A stretch of DNA of 64,000 bases from Eledone cirrhosa (GCA_964016885.1 OZ024755.1:37200001-37264000); one strand, 5' to 3'. Numbered from the stretch's first letter, positions 15,030 to 31,400 are shown. Translations and numbers: made by a program. The notes: a model not told the origin generated them from the letters alone.

Positions 15030-15509
15030 TTATTGTTGATTTAGCTTGGGTTTGAATTTATCAATAAAATTCTTTTCTTTGATTTTTCTCTTGATTTCAC
15101 TTGGGCTGTGTAATTTGTAGAATGGGAATATTATAAATATTCCCTGACCACATGTTGCCAGGTGGCCGCTTAGGGGTATCTGACGGACATTTGGGTCTCT
15201 GATTTGTTGACGGTGTACCCGTGCACGCTCCGATAGTGCATTTCCAGTTTGACCGACATATAGTTCTTCACAATTCGGGCATTTAATGCAGTAAATTAGA
15301 TTTCTGCTTTTGCAGTTCATATTTGCATTTGGGAATATTTTTCCAGTTGTTGTTTTCATATATTGACCGGCGTGTATGGATTGACATGTGCCGCATCGAT
15401 TATCATTGCATTTAGATACAGTGAATGATTGGTCTTTGTTGTTAAGGTCAAACTTTGCTTTTGTTAGCAATTGCTTCAAATTTTTTGGCTGTCTTTTACT
15501 AAGAGTCAA
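15030..15509 (-). pseudogene. 5'-truncated Penelope-like element (Neptune-like): Cys linker plus GIY-YIG endonuclease
   Basis: KRQPKNLKQLL..KCNDNRCGTC..CKSRNLIYCIKCPNCEELYVGQTGNALSER..VH..LSGHLATC..KEKNFIDKFKPKLN. Confidence 0.88.
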
Positions 15510-15578
15510 AGATCGATCTGTGATTAAGCCTTATATATACATATATATATATATATACATATATACACACACACACAC

Positions 15579-15611
<33 letters not shown>

Positions 15612-15626
15612 CCCACATATATATAT

Positions 15627-18720
<3,094 letters not shown>

Positions 18721-21700
18721 TATATTATTGTTCTGCACCCTCCTGCATTGAACCACCTAGGTACTATGACATAACCTGTGTATTTGCTGGCATGGACGTG
18801 CATCTGTGCGCCTATGTTAGTTGATATATTAAATTATCTATATTTATCTCCAAATCACTGATTTGTCGAGCAAACCTGCCAAAACCACTTCAAAATTTTT
18901 TTTGGGGTGTTAGTAGGCGTCAGTCATCTTACCATCCCATTCCTTTTAACTAGCCTCTATGTCACGTGATTGATTCTTTAGAATCGGACATTTGACTGGA
19001 AGCAGTGAGAATTTCAGTACATAGAATCCAGTCCTCGCCTAGCTGTTCTTTCTACCGAATTATTATTTTTATATGAGCCGCTAGTGTCCGCGCATTGCCT
19101 GGAGGCTCAGCTGAGAATAGACTCCCTGATGACGCAATGAATTCTCGACAGTTGGATTATGTAACTGTCTTTATCCCATTGCAGAAACTAATTAGTTGGA
19201 GTGAAAATTTAAGTAAGTAAGTAAAAAATTTTTAAAAAATTTTTTAAAAAATGTTTTCTTATTTTACGTCTTTTATATTATTGTTCTGCACCCTCCTGCA
19301 TTGAACCACCTAGGTACTATGACATAACCTGTGTATTTGCTGGCATGGACGTGCATCTGTGCGCCTATGTTAGTTGATATATTAAATTATCTATATTTAT
19401 CTCCAAATCACTGATTTGTCGAGCAAACCTGCCAAAACCACTTCAAAATTTTTTTTGGGGTGTTAGTAGGCGTCAGTCATCTTACCATCCCATTCCTTCT
19501 AACTAGCCTCTATGTCACGTGATTGATTCTTTAGAATCGGACATTTGACTGGAAGCAGTGAGAATTTCAGTACATAGAATCCAGTCCTCGCCTAGCTGTT
19601 CTTTCTACCGAATTATTATTTTTATATGAGCCGCTAGTGTCCGCGCATTGCCTGGAGGATCAGCTGAGAATAGACTCCCTGATGACGCAATGAATTCTCG
19701 ACAGTTGGATTATGTAACTGTCTTTATCCCATTGCAGAAACTAATTAGTTGGAGTGAAAATTTAAGTAAGTAAGTAAAAAATTTTTTTAAAATTTTTTAA
19801 AAAATGTTTTCTTATTTTACGTCTTTTATATTATTGTTCTGCACCCTCCTGCATTGAACCACCTAGGTACTATGACATAACCTGTGTATTTGCTGGCATG
19901 GACGTGCATCTGTGCGCCTATGTTAGTTGATATATTAAATTATCTATATTTATCTCCAAATCACTGATTTGTCGAGCAAACCTGCCAAAACCACTTCAAA
20001 ATTTTTTTTGGGGTGTTAGTAGGCGTCAGTCATCTTACCATCCCATTCCTTCTAACTAGCCTCTATGTCACGTGATTGATTCTTTAGAATCGGACATTTG
20101 ACTGGAAGCAGTGAGAATTTCAGTACATAGAATCCAGTCCTCGCCTAGCTGTTCTTTCTACCGAATTATTATTTTTATATGAGCCGCTAGTGTCCGCGCA
20201 TTGCCTGGAGGATCAGCTGAGAATAGACTCCCTGATGACGCAATGAATTCTCGACAGTTGGATTATGTAACTGTCTTTATCCCATTGCAGAAACTAATTA
20301 GTTGGAGTGAAAATTTAAGTAAGTAAGTAAAAAATTTTTTTAAAATTTTTTAAAAAATGTTTTCTTATTTTACGTCTTTTATATTATTGTTCTGCACCCT
20401 CCTGCATTGAACCACCTAGGTACTATGACATAACCTGTGTATTTGCTGGCATGGACGTGCATCTGTGCGCCTATGTTAGTTGATATATTAAATTATCTAT
20501 ATTTATCTCTAAATCACTGATTTGTCGAGCAAACCTGCCAAAACCACTTCAAAATTTTTTTTGGGGTGTTAGTAGGCGTCAGTCATCTTACCATCCCATT
20601 CCTTCTAACTAGCCTCTATGTCACGTGATTGGTTCTTTAGAATCGGACATTTGACTCGAAGCAGTGAGAATTTCAGTACATAGAATCCAGTCCTCGCCTA
20701 GCTGTTCTTTCTACCGAATTATTATTTTTATATGAGCCGCTAGTGTCCGCGCATTGCCTGGAGGCTCAGCTGAGAATAGACTCCCTGATGACGCAATGAA
20801 TTCTCGACAGTTGGATTATGTAACTGTCTTTATCCCATTGCAGAAACTAATTAGTTGGAGTGAAAATTTAAGTAAGTAAGTAAAAAAAAAAAAAAAAAAA
20901 AAAATTTTTTTTAAATTTTTTAAAAAATGTTTTCTTATTTTACGTCTTTTATATTATTGTTCTGCACCCTCCTGCATTGAACCACCTAGGTACTATGACA
21001 TAACCTGTGTATTTGCTGGCATGGACGTGCATCTGTGCGCCTATGTTAGTTGATATATTAAATTATCTATATTTATCTCCAAATCACTGATTTGTCGAGC
21101 AAACCTGCCAAAACCACTTCAAAATTTTTTTTGGGGTGTTAGTAGGCGTCAGTCATCTTACCATCCCATTCCTTCTAACTAGCCTCTATGTCACGTGATT
21201 GATTCTTTAGAATCGGACATTTGACTGGAAGCAGTGAGAATTTCAGTACATAGAATCCAGTCCTCGCCTAGCTGTTCTTTCTACCGAATTATTATTTTTA
21301 TATGAGCCGCTAGTGTCCGCGCATTGCCTGGAGGATCAGCTGAGAATAGACTCCCTGATGACGCAATGAATTCTCGACAGTTGGATTATGTAACTGTCTT
21401 TATCCCATTGCAGAAACTAATTAGTTGGAGTGAAAATTTAAGTAAGTAAGTAAAAAATTTTTTTAAAATTTTTTAAAAAATGTTTTCTTATTTTACGTCT
21501 TTTATATTATTGTTCTGCACCCTCCTGCATTGAACCACCTAGGTACTATGACATAACCTGTGTATTTGCTGGCATGGACGTGCATCTGTGCGCCTATGTT
21601 AGTTGATATATTAAATTATCTATATTTATCTCCAAATCACTGATTTGTCGAGCAAACCTGCCAAAACCACTTCAAAATTTTTTTTGGGGTGTTAGTAGGC

Positions 21701-24700
21701 GTCAGTCATCTTACCATCCCATTCCTTCTAACTAGCCTCTATGTCACGTGATTGATTCTTTAGAATCGGACATTTGACTGGAAGCAGTGAGAATTTCAGT
21801 ACATAGAATCCAGTCCTCGCCTAGCTGTTCTTTCTACCGAATTATTATTCTTATATGAGCCGCTAGTGTCCGCGCATTGCCTGGAGGCTCAGCTGAGAAT
21901 AGACTCCCTGATGACGCAATGAATTCTCGACAGTTGGATTATGTAACTGTCTTTATCCCATTGCAGAAACTAATTAGTTGGAGTGAAAATTTAAGTAAGT
22001 AAAAAAATTTTAAAAATTTTTTAAAAAATGTTTTCTTATTTTACGTCTTTTATATTATTGTTCTGCACCCTCCTGCATTGAACCACCTAGGTACTATGAC
22101 ATAACCTGTGTATTTGCTGGCATGGACGTGCATCTGTGCGCCTATGTTAGTTGATATATTAAATTATCTATATTTATCTCCAAATCACTGATTTGTCGAG
22201 CAAACCTGCCAAAACCACTTCAAAATTTTTTTGGGGGTGTTAGTAGGCGTCAGTCATCTTACCATCCCATTCCTTCTAACTAGCCTCTATGTCACGTGAT
22301 TGATTCTTTAGAATCGGACATTTGACTGGAAGCAGTGAGAATTTCAGTACATAGAATCCAGTCCTCGCCTAGCTGTTCTTTCTACCGAATTATTATTTTT
22401 ATATGAGCCGCTAGTGTCCGCGCATTGCCTGGAGGATCAGCTGAGAATAGACTCCCTGATGACGCAATGAATTCTCGACAGTTGGATTATGTAACTGTCT
22501 TTATCCCATTGCAGAAACTAATTAGTTGGAGTGAAAATTTAAGTAAGTAAGTAAAAAATTTTTTTAAAATTTTTTAAAAAATGTTTTCTTATTTTACGTC
22601 TTTTATATTATTGTTCTGCACCCTCCTGCATTGAACCACCTAGGTACTATGACATAACCTGTGTATTTGCTGGCATGGACGTGCATCTGTGCGCCTATGT
22701 TAGTTGATATATTAAATTATCTATATTTATCTCCAAATCACTGATTTGTCGAGCAAACCTGCCAAAACCACTTCAAAATTTTTTTTGGGGTGTTAGTAGG
22801 CGTCAGTCATCTTACCATCCCATTCCTTCTAACTAGCCTCTATGTCACGTGATTGATTCTTTAGAATCGGACATTTGACTGGAAGCAGTGAGAATTTCAG
22901 TACATAGAATCCAGTCCTCGCCTAGCTGTTCTTTCTACCGAATTATTATTTTTATATGAGCCGCTAGTGTCCGCGCATTGCCTGGAGGATCAGCTGAGAA
23001 TAGACTCCCTGATGACGCAATGAATTCTCGACAGTTGGATTATGTAACTGTCTTTATCCCATTGCAGAAACTAATTAGTTGGAGTGAAAATTTAAGTAAG
23101 TAAGTAAAAAATTTTTTTAAAATTTTTTAAAAAATGTTTTCTTATTTTACGTCTTTTATATTATTGTTCTGCACCCTCCTGCATTGAACCACCTAGGTAC
23201 TATGACATAACCTGTGTATTTGCTGGCATGGACGTGCATCTGTGCGCCTATGTTAGTTGATATATTAAATTATCTATATTTATCTCCAAATCACTGATTT
23301 GTCGAGCAAACCTGCCAAAACCACTTCAAAATTTTTTTTGGGGTGTTAGTAGGCGTCAGTCATCTTACCATCCCATTCCTTCTAACTAGCCTCTATGTCA
23401 CGTGATTGATTCTTTAGAATCGGACATTTGACTGGAAGCAGTGAGAATTTCAGTACATAGAATCCAGTCCTCGCCTAGCTGTTCTTTCTACCGAATTATT
23501 ATTTTTATATGAGCCGCTAGTGTCCGCGCATTGCCTGGAGGCTCAGCTGAGAATAGACTCCCTGATGACGCAATGAATTCTCGACAGTTGGATTATGTAA
23601 CTGTCTTTATCCCATTGCAGAAACTAATTAGTTGGAGTGAAAATTTAAGTAAGTAAAACAATTTTAAAAATTTTTTAAAAAATGTTTTCTTATTTTACGT
23701 CTTTTATATTATTGTTCTGCACCCTCCTGCATTGAACCACCTAGGTACTATGACATAACCTGTGTATTTGCTGGCATGGACGTGCATCTGTGCGCCTATG
23801 TTAGTTGATATATTAAATTATCTATATTTATCTCCAAATCACTGATTTGTCGAGCAAACCTGCCAAAACCACTTCAAAATTTTTTTGGGGGTGTTAGTAG
23901 GCGTCAGTCATCTTACCATCCCATTCCTTCTAACTAGCCTCTATGTCACGTGATTGATTCTTTAGAATCGGACATTTGACTGGAAGCAGTGAGAATTTCA
24001 GTACATAGAATCCAGTCCTCGCCTAGCTGTTCTTTCTACCGAATTATTATTTTTATATGAGCCGCTAGTGTCCGCGCATTGCCTGGAGGATCAGCTGAGA
24101 ATAGACTCCCTGATGACGCAATGAATTCTCGACAGTTGGATTATGTAACTGTCTTTATCCCATTGCAGAAACTAATTAGTTGGAGTGAAAATTTAAGTAA
24201 GTAAGTAAAAAATTTTTTTAAAATTTTTTAAAAAATGTTTTCTTATTTTACGTCTTTTATATTATTGTTCTGCACCCTCCTGCATTGAACCACCTAGGTA
24301 CTATGACATAACCTGTGTATTTGCTGGCATGGACGTGCATCTGTGCGCCTATGTTAGTTGATATATTAAATTATCTATATTTATCTCCAAATCACTGATT
24401 TGTCGAGCAAACCTGCCAAAACCACTTCAAAATTTTTTTTGGGGTGTTAGTAGGCGTCAGTCATCTTACCATCCCATTCCTTCTAACTAGCCTCTATGTC
24501 ACGTGATTGATTCTTTAGAATCGGACATTTGACTGGAAGCAGTGAGAATTTCAGTACATAGAATCCAGTCCTCGCCTAGCTGTTCTTTCTACCGAATTAT
24601 TATTTTTATATGAGCCGCTAGTGTCCGCGCATTGCCTGGAGGATCAGCTGAGAATAGACTCCCTGATGACGCAATGAATTCTCGACAGTTGGATTATGTA

Positions 24701-26050
24701 ACTGTCTTTATCCCATTGCAGAAACTAATTAGTTGGAGTGAAAATTTAAGTAAGTAAGTAAAAAATTTTTTTAAAATTTTTTAAAAAATGTTTTCTTATT
24801 TTACGTCTTTTATATTATTGTTCTGCACCCTCCTGCATTGAACCACCTAGGTACTATGACATAACCTGTGTATTTGCTGGCATGGACGTGCATCTGTGCG
24901 CCTATGTTAGTTGATATATTAAATTATCTATATTTATCTCCAAATCACTGATTTGTCGAGCAAACCTGCCAAAACCACTTCAACATTTTTTTTGGGGTGT
25001 TAGTAGGCGTCAGTCATCTTACCATCCCATTCCTTCTAACTAGCCTCTATGTCACGTGATTGATTCTTTAGAATCGGACATTTGACTGGAAGCAGTGAGA
25101 ATTTCAGTACATAGAATCCAGTCCTCGCCTAGCTGTTCTTTCTACCGAATTATTATTTTTATATGAGCCGCTAGTGTCCGCGCATTGCCTGGAGGCTCAG
25201 CTGAGAATAGACTCCCTGATGACGCAATGAATTCTCGACAGTTGGATTATGTAACTGTCTTTATCCCATTGCAGAAACTAATTAGTTGGAGTGAAAATTT
25301 AAGTAAGTAAGTAAAAAAAAAAAAAAAAAAAATTTTTTTTAAATTTTTTAAAAAATGTTTTCTTATTTTACGTCTTTTATATTATTGTTCTGCACCCTCC
25401 TGCATTGAACCACCTAGGTACTATGACATAACCTGTGTATTTGCTGGCATGGACGTGCATCTGTGCGCCTATGTTAGTTGATATATTAAATTATCTATAT
25501 TTATCTCCAAATCACTGATTTGTCGAGCAAACCTGCCAAAACCACTTCAAAATTTTTTTTGGGGTGTTAGTAGGCGTCAGTCATCTTACCATCCCATTCC
25601 TTCTAACTAGCCTCTATGTCACGTGATTGATTCTTTAGAATCGGACATTTGACTGGAAGCAGTGAGAATTTCAGTACATAGAATCCAGTCCTCGCCTAGC
25701 TGTTCTTTCTACCGAATTATTATTTTTATATGAGCCGCTAGTGTCCGCGCATTGCCTGGAGGCTCAGCTGAGAATAGACTCCCTGATGACGCAATGAATT
25801 CTCGACAGTTGGATTATGTAACTGTCTTTATCCCATTGCAGAAACTAATTAGTTGGAGTGAAAATTTAAGTAAGTAAGTAAAAAATTTTTTTAAAATTTT
25901 TTAAAAAATGTTTTCTTATTTTACGTCTTTTATATTATTGTTCTGCATCCTCCTGCATTGAACCACCTAGGTACTATGACATAACCTGTGTATTTGCTGG
26001 CATGGACGTGCATCTGTGCGCCTATGTTAGTTGATATATTAAATTATCTA

Positions 26051-26052
<2 letters not shown>
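18721..26052 (+). repeat. Tandem array of 13 full ~553-bp HHR-containing units plus ~120-bp partial unit (retrozyme / PLE pseudo-LTR array)
   Basis: Unit starts TATATTATTGTTCTGCA at 18721, 19274, 19827, 20380, 20950, 21503, 22051, 22604, 23157, 23705, 24258, 24811, 25378, 25931. No ORF called in the supplied track. Units nearly identical. Confidence 0.95.
19121..19202 (+). ncRNA. Type I hammerhead ribozyme (first of 13 tandem copies)
   Basis: ACTCC-CTGATGA-c GCAATG...CATTGC a-GAA ACTAATTAGT T-GGAGT. Stem I actcc/ggagt, stem II gcaatg/cattgc with inner hairpin gacagtt/aactgtc, palindromic stem III, predicted cleavage after GUU at 19197. Confidence 0.88.
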
Positions 26053-26124
<72 letters not shown>

Positions 26125-26130
26125 CATATA

Positions 26131-28015
26131 GACAAGCGACGACCCGACAACAGGACCACCAACAAGACCCGTATGCGGAGCTAATATAGCTAGCAACTAC
26201 AGGATCTCCTACTTCCTCTCAATGGTTATACGCCCCATAATCAAGATGTCCCCAGATGTATGTGACAGTACAGAGGACCTCCTCAGCTGAATCAGTGAGT
26301 GCAACAAAAACAGGAGCCTATCCAACTGCATAATAGGCAGCATGGATGTGGTGTCACTGTACCCATCCATTAACATTGATTTTGCTGTGAAAAGATGTGT
26401 GGAGATGATCATTGAGAGTGAGGTGGAGTTCTGCGACGTCGACACAGACGAACTGGGCCTCCTACTTAGACTTACCTACGACACTGACTACCTAGACAGC
26501 CATGACCTTAGATGTTTCTGCCCTAGTAGACCTATAAGAGGTAGACCCCCCACCATAACCTCAATGGCAAAAAAGACTCCCATGGGAAGGTGGACTGGGT
26601 GGACCAAAGCTATACGGACCCCCCAAAACAATGATCAGGTAAGAAAAATGGTCGCACATGCAATAGGGGCTAGTATCAAAACTACCCTAAAGGGCCACAT
26701 ATTTAAGTTCAATGAAAAAATCTACACCCAAAATGAGGGAGCAGCCATCGGCGTCAGCATAGCTGGTGATGTTGCCAACCTTTTCATGGTATGGTGGGAA
26801 AGGAGACTTAAAGATCTCCTTAATGAAAGCTCCATAGACCTCATCATGTACTCTCGTTATGTAGACGATATCAATATAGTTATAAGAACACCCCCACTAG
26901 AGAGCACTAACAAATTTGATTTAGAACGTAGCACGATGGAAAGCATCCAGCAGATAGCTAATTCCATACACCAGAGTATAACTGTAACTATCGACTTCCC
27001 TTCCAAAGACCTTAACAATAGACTACCTGTATTAGACACAGAACTCTGGATTAACACTATAGACGAGAGAGCCCAAATTCTCCACTCACACTATGCTAAA
27101 CCCATGGCCTCCAAATACCTGATACTCAAAAACTCAGCAATGTCCAGTAGTGCGAAGTTTAATATTCTGATCGCAGATTTGGTACGAGTGATGAAGAATG
27201 TGTCCAGCATGTGCGACCCAACAAAAATGGAAAGACACATCCAACACTTCATCAACCGCATGCAGTTCTCTGGCTACAACCAAAGAGACAGAGTCAGAGT
27301 ACACGAAGGAGCCATGGAAAAGTATAAGACCCTCATAGAACTGGACATGAAAGGAATTTGCCCATTATACAGGAGCAAATGATGGAATAGCTTAGGTAGG
27401 GCTAGACATAAGATAGGGAAAGCCACATCATGGTACGACAACCAGAGATACCAGAGTGTCATGTTTGTGGACGCCACCCCTGGAGAGAAATTAGCTAACC
27501 AGTGTAGAAAGGCCCTGAGAAGGACCCACTTAAAAATAAAGGTGGTAGAAAAGCCAGGAACCACCATAAAATCCCTGATCAGCAAAATCTACCCTTTTAA
27601 GAAAACCCACTGTACCAATAGGAAATGTATCATATGTAAGGTGAACCCCCGGATAAACTGTAAAACTAGAAACGTAGTCTATAGCATAAGATGCACAGAG
27701 GGTACTTGCAGAAACATGACAACAACATACATAGGTGAGACAGCTCGTAGTATAGGTGAAAGGATAGACCAACACTGGGGGGAACTAAAAGGACGAAAAA
27801 ACGGGTCAGTACTATACGAACATGCTAGACAACAACATGACGGTAACATAGACAACATAGAAATTAGAATAATATCTAAACATAGAAATGAACCAGCAGA
27901 TGGGCAAATCAGAGAGGCCAGTGAAATAGAAATTAGAAGACCAAAGCTAAACAGAAAGAATGAGTGGAATAACAACAACACCCAAACAAACAACACTGAC
28001 CTAAGAGAAGTATAA
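26131..28015 (+). pseudogene. Penelope-like retroelement (Naiad-like) RT plus GIY-YIG, 5'-truncated, one frame with two internal TGA
   Basis: GPPTRPVCGA, GSMDVVSLYPSI, GAAIG, SRYVDD, LPVLD, PLYR, MFVDATPG, CTNRKCIIC, NVVYSIRC..YIGETARS..ER..H. ORFs 26342 and 27461 are in the same frame. Confidence 0.9.
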
Positions 28016-28232
28016 ATAAGTAAATAAAATAAGATAAATAAATACATACACAAGCACAATAACAACAAGCACATAAACACACACTAGTCACCCAGCAAAC
28101 ATAACACTATACACACTAGTCACACAGCAAACATAACACTATACACACACGCAAACGCATGCGCAAAGAAGACAAAATAAAATAAACAAACAAGCAAATA
28201 AATAAATAAATATATAGACAGACTGAATAAAA

Positions 28233-28524
28233 AATGGCGTAGACATACAACACAACAGGAGGAAAATATAACACCACTGACGATGTTGCAGATGTGCAAC
28301 GAAAGATTTATGTAAATTATGTAAACTATATATATGTGTTTGTATCTATATTCTATCTGTATTATTTTTGACCGTCGGTCAGTCAATGGCAACATTGAGG
28401 ACCGAGTAAGTTAGATTGCAGATATAAAAGACAGCGAGAAGCGAAAACCAACCAAACAGTGAGTGTGTTCTGTTATTAATTCTGGCAATATTACACAAAT
28501 ATGACCCTCCCCAAGTATAACAAC

Positions 28525-28525
<1 letters not shown>
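28233..28525 (+). mobile_element. Putative 3' pseudo-LTR of the Naiad-like PLE with HHR-like core (CTGACGA 28277-28283, GAAA 28301-28304)
   Basis: Lies directly downstream of the ORF and is repeated at 5355, 31401 (-) and 31693. Stems I and III imperfect. Confidence 0.65.
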
Positions 28526-28623
<98 letters not shown>

Positions 28624-28858
28624 ATATTTAGAAACACACAGATACATGCGGACACACACATATACATGAATGCATCCGCACCCAACCGTGAGTTAAGGGT
28701 GCCAACTTCACCGATGTTGCTCAATGAATGACTGGGACAGACCAATCCGGTTGAACTAGACTGAACCAGTATCAGAGTTAAAAATACATTATGAAGAGAG
28801 AAGAAACATTTAGGTATAATTAGTAATAAAATGTATCATACCTAAACTGCTCCTAGAT

Positions 28859-28948
28859 TCCTCGACTACGTAGTTTCGTGGCATAAACAAAAACAATACA
28901 TCATAAAGATATAGAGTCCTTGCGAGGTCTGCCGACTTATCAAGAGGA
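28859..28948 (-). ncRNA. Type I hammerhead ribozyme, U3-A8 core variant
   Basis: Reverse complement of 29898-29987. Confidence 0.75.
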
Positions 28949-29451
28949 TACCTCATTTTACTAGTCTCAAGAACGCGTCTACACGACGTGAGAAAGAATC
29001 CCAAAAGGCGGAGGGGGAGATAGTCACGCGATATAACGGTCGAGAAACAGAGCTAAGCCTCTTATAACCCCGAAGAAAATACCACGGAGGCGGAGGGGGT
29101 ATTTATATCGAAGCCGTAGAAGAGGTAGTGAAGGAGGCGAGAAGTATGAGTAATGGAAGCTTTCCAGCAGTCCCCACACTTCAAAGATTGCTCGACCAGA
29201 GGGAGTTATTAACAATATATTTAGAAACACACAGATACATGCGGACACACACATATACATGAATGCATCCGCACCCAACCGTGAGTTAAGGGTGCCAACT
29301 TCACCGATGTTGCTCAATGAATGACTGGGACAGACCAATCCGGTTGAACTAGACTGAACCAGTATCAGAGTTAAAAATACATTATGAAGAGAGAAGAAAC
29401 ATTTAGGTATAATTAGTAATAAAATGTATCATACCTAAACTGCTCCTAGAT

Positions 29452-29541
29452 TCCTCGACTACGTAGTTTCGTGGCATAAACAAAAACAATACATCATAAA
29501 GATATAGAGTCCTTGCGAGGTCTGCCGACTTATCAAGAGGA
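29452..29541 (-). ncRNA. Type I hammerhead ribozyme, U3-A8 core variant
   Basis: Reverse complement of 29898-29987. Confidence 0.75.
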
Positions 29542-29897
29542 TACCTCATTTTACTAGTCTCAAGAACGCGTCTACACGACGTGAGAAAGAATCCCAAAAG
29601 GCGGAGGGGGAGATAGTCACGCGATATAACGGTCGAGAAACAGAGCTAAGCCTCTTATAACCCCGAAGAAAATACCACGGAGGCGGAGGGGGTATTTATA
29701 TCGAAGCCGTAGAAGAGGTAGTGAAGGAGGCGAGAAGTATGAGTAATAGAAGCTTTCCAGCAGTCCCCACACTTCAAAGATTGCTCGACCAGAGGGAGTT
29801 TCTCGACCGTTATATCGCGTGACTATCTCCCCCTCCGCCTTTTGGGATTCTTTCTCACGTCGTGTAGACGCGTTCTTGAGACTAGTAAAATGAGGTA

Positions 29898-29987
29898 TCC
29901 TCTTGATAAGTCGGCAGACCTCGCAAGGACTCTATATCTTTATGATGTATTGTTTTTGTTTATGCCACGAAACTACGTAGTCGAGGA
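29898..29987 (+). ncRNA. Type I hammerhead ribozyme, U3-A8 core variant
   Basis: TCCTC-TTGATAA-GTcGGCA...TGCCAC-GAA ACTACGTAGT C-GAGGA. Stem I tcctc/gagga, palindromic stem III, GUC site at 29980-29982. Confidence 0.78.
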
Positions 29988-30412
29988 ATCTAGGAGCAGT
30001 TTAGGTATGATACATTTTATTACTAATTATACCTAAATGTTTCTTCTCTCTTCATAATGTATATATATATACATATATATGTATATATACATATATATGT
30101 ATATATACATATATATACATATATATACATATATATGTATATATACATATATATATATACATATATATATATAAGAATATGAGAAATATGGGGAGAAGAA
30201 TACTGCATGGTTGCACATGGATTACATGTTATAAAATGAGTCCCTCATCAGTGATATATATACATATATATATACATATATTTATATACATATATTTATA
30301 TACATATATATATATATAAACATATATATATATATACATATATATATACATATATATATATACATATATTTATATATACATATATTTATATATACATATA
30401 TTTATATACATT

Positions 30413-30492
<80 letters not shown>

Positions 30493-30988
30493 TATATACA
30501 CACATATATATATACATATATTTATTATCTTCGTTTTTTCGTTCATTGCCAGAGAACGTCTTTATGCACCACCTAAGAGAACATTAATCTACGACCTCTT
30601 TTATACCATAAACGTGGTTTTGTCTTTGCGCGTAATTGTTTTTCACTACTCCTATTAATGACGTATTATTCGTTTTTTCCCGTTCTTTGCCAGCGAACGT
30701 TACCACGAACCAAAGTATCGTCTTCCTGTCTTCCTCCGGTTGCAACGGTTTTTGAAATATCCAGTTCTGCGTTTACAGTTTGACTTTGTTAGTTTCAGAA
30801 GATCCCGTTAAGGGTGAAAGCAGCGATTCTTTGCTTAAACTTTAATCTGTTATTTTAATAAATATTTGCTCTACGGTTCTTATATATTTGATATATATTT
30901 TCCTTATCGAGCCCTCTTTGGATTTTAGTCTTCAATTTTATTATTATTACTATATATACATATATTTATATACATATATATGTCTACA

Positions 30989-31040
<52 letters not shown>

Positions 31041-31142
31041 TATATACATATATTTATATACATATATTTATATACATATATTTATATACATATATATATA
31101 AACATATATATATATATATATATACATATATTTATATACATA

Positions 31143-31332
<190 letters not shown>

Positions 31333-31333
31333 T

Positions 31334-31372
<39 letters not shown>

Positions 31373-31400
31373 TTTCTTTATACATATATATATATATACA

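Larger units (their letters stand above)
28619..30058 (-). mobile_element. Two tandem 593-bp units (28619-29800) plus inverted partial copy (29801-30058), HHR-bearing, PLE pseudo-LTR/retrozyme architecture
   Basis: Direct duplication with period 593. 29801-30058 is the reverse complement of the unit interior. (TA)n flanks. Confidence 0.88.

Noticed and set aside
18721-26052. CRISPR array or 5S/snRNA/tRNA tandem cluster
   Set aside because: No unique spacers, eukaryotic context, and no recognisable 5S, U snRNA or tRNA sequence in the unit
28810-30036. Three identical 64-aa ORFs
   Set aside because: Non-ATG start, no motif. Identity is due to the duplicated unit, and the ORF overlaps the ribozyme.
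30200-30255. Minus-strand CTGATGA motif (also 45085-45125, 58640-58680, 30796-30830, 9744-9762)
   Set aside because: GAAA, stem I or stem III missing or mutated. At most dead HHR relics, not called.
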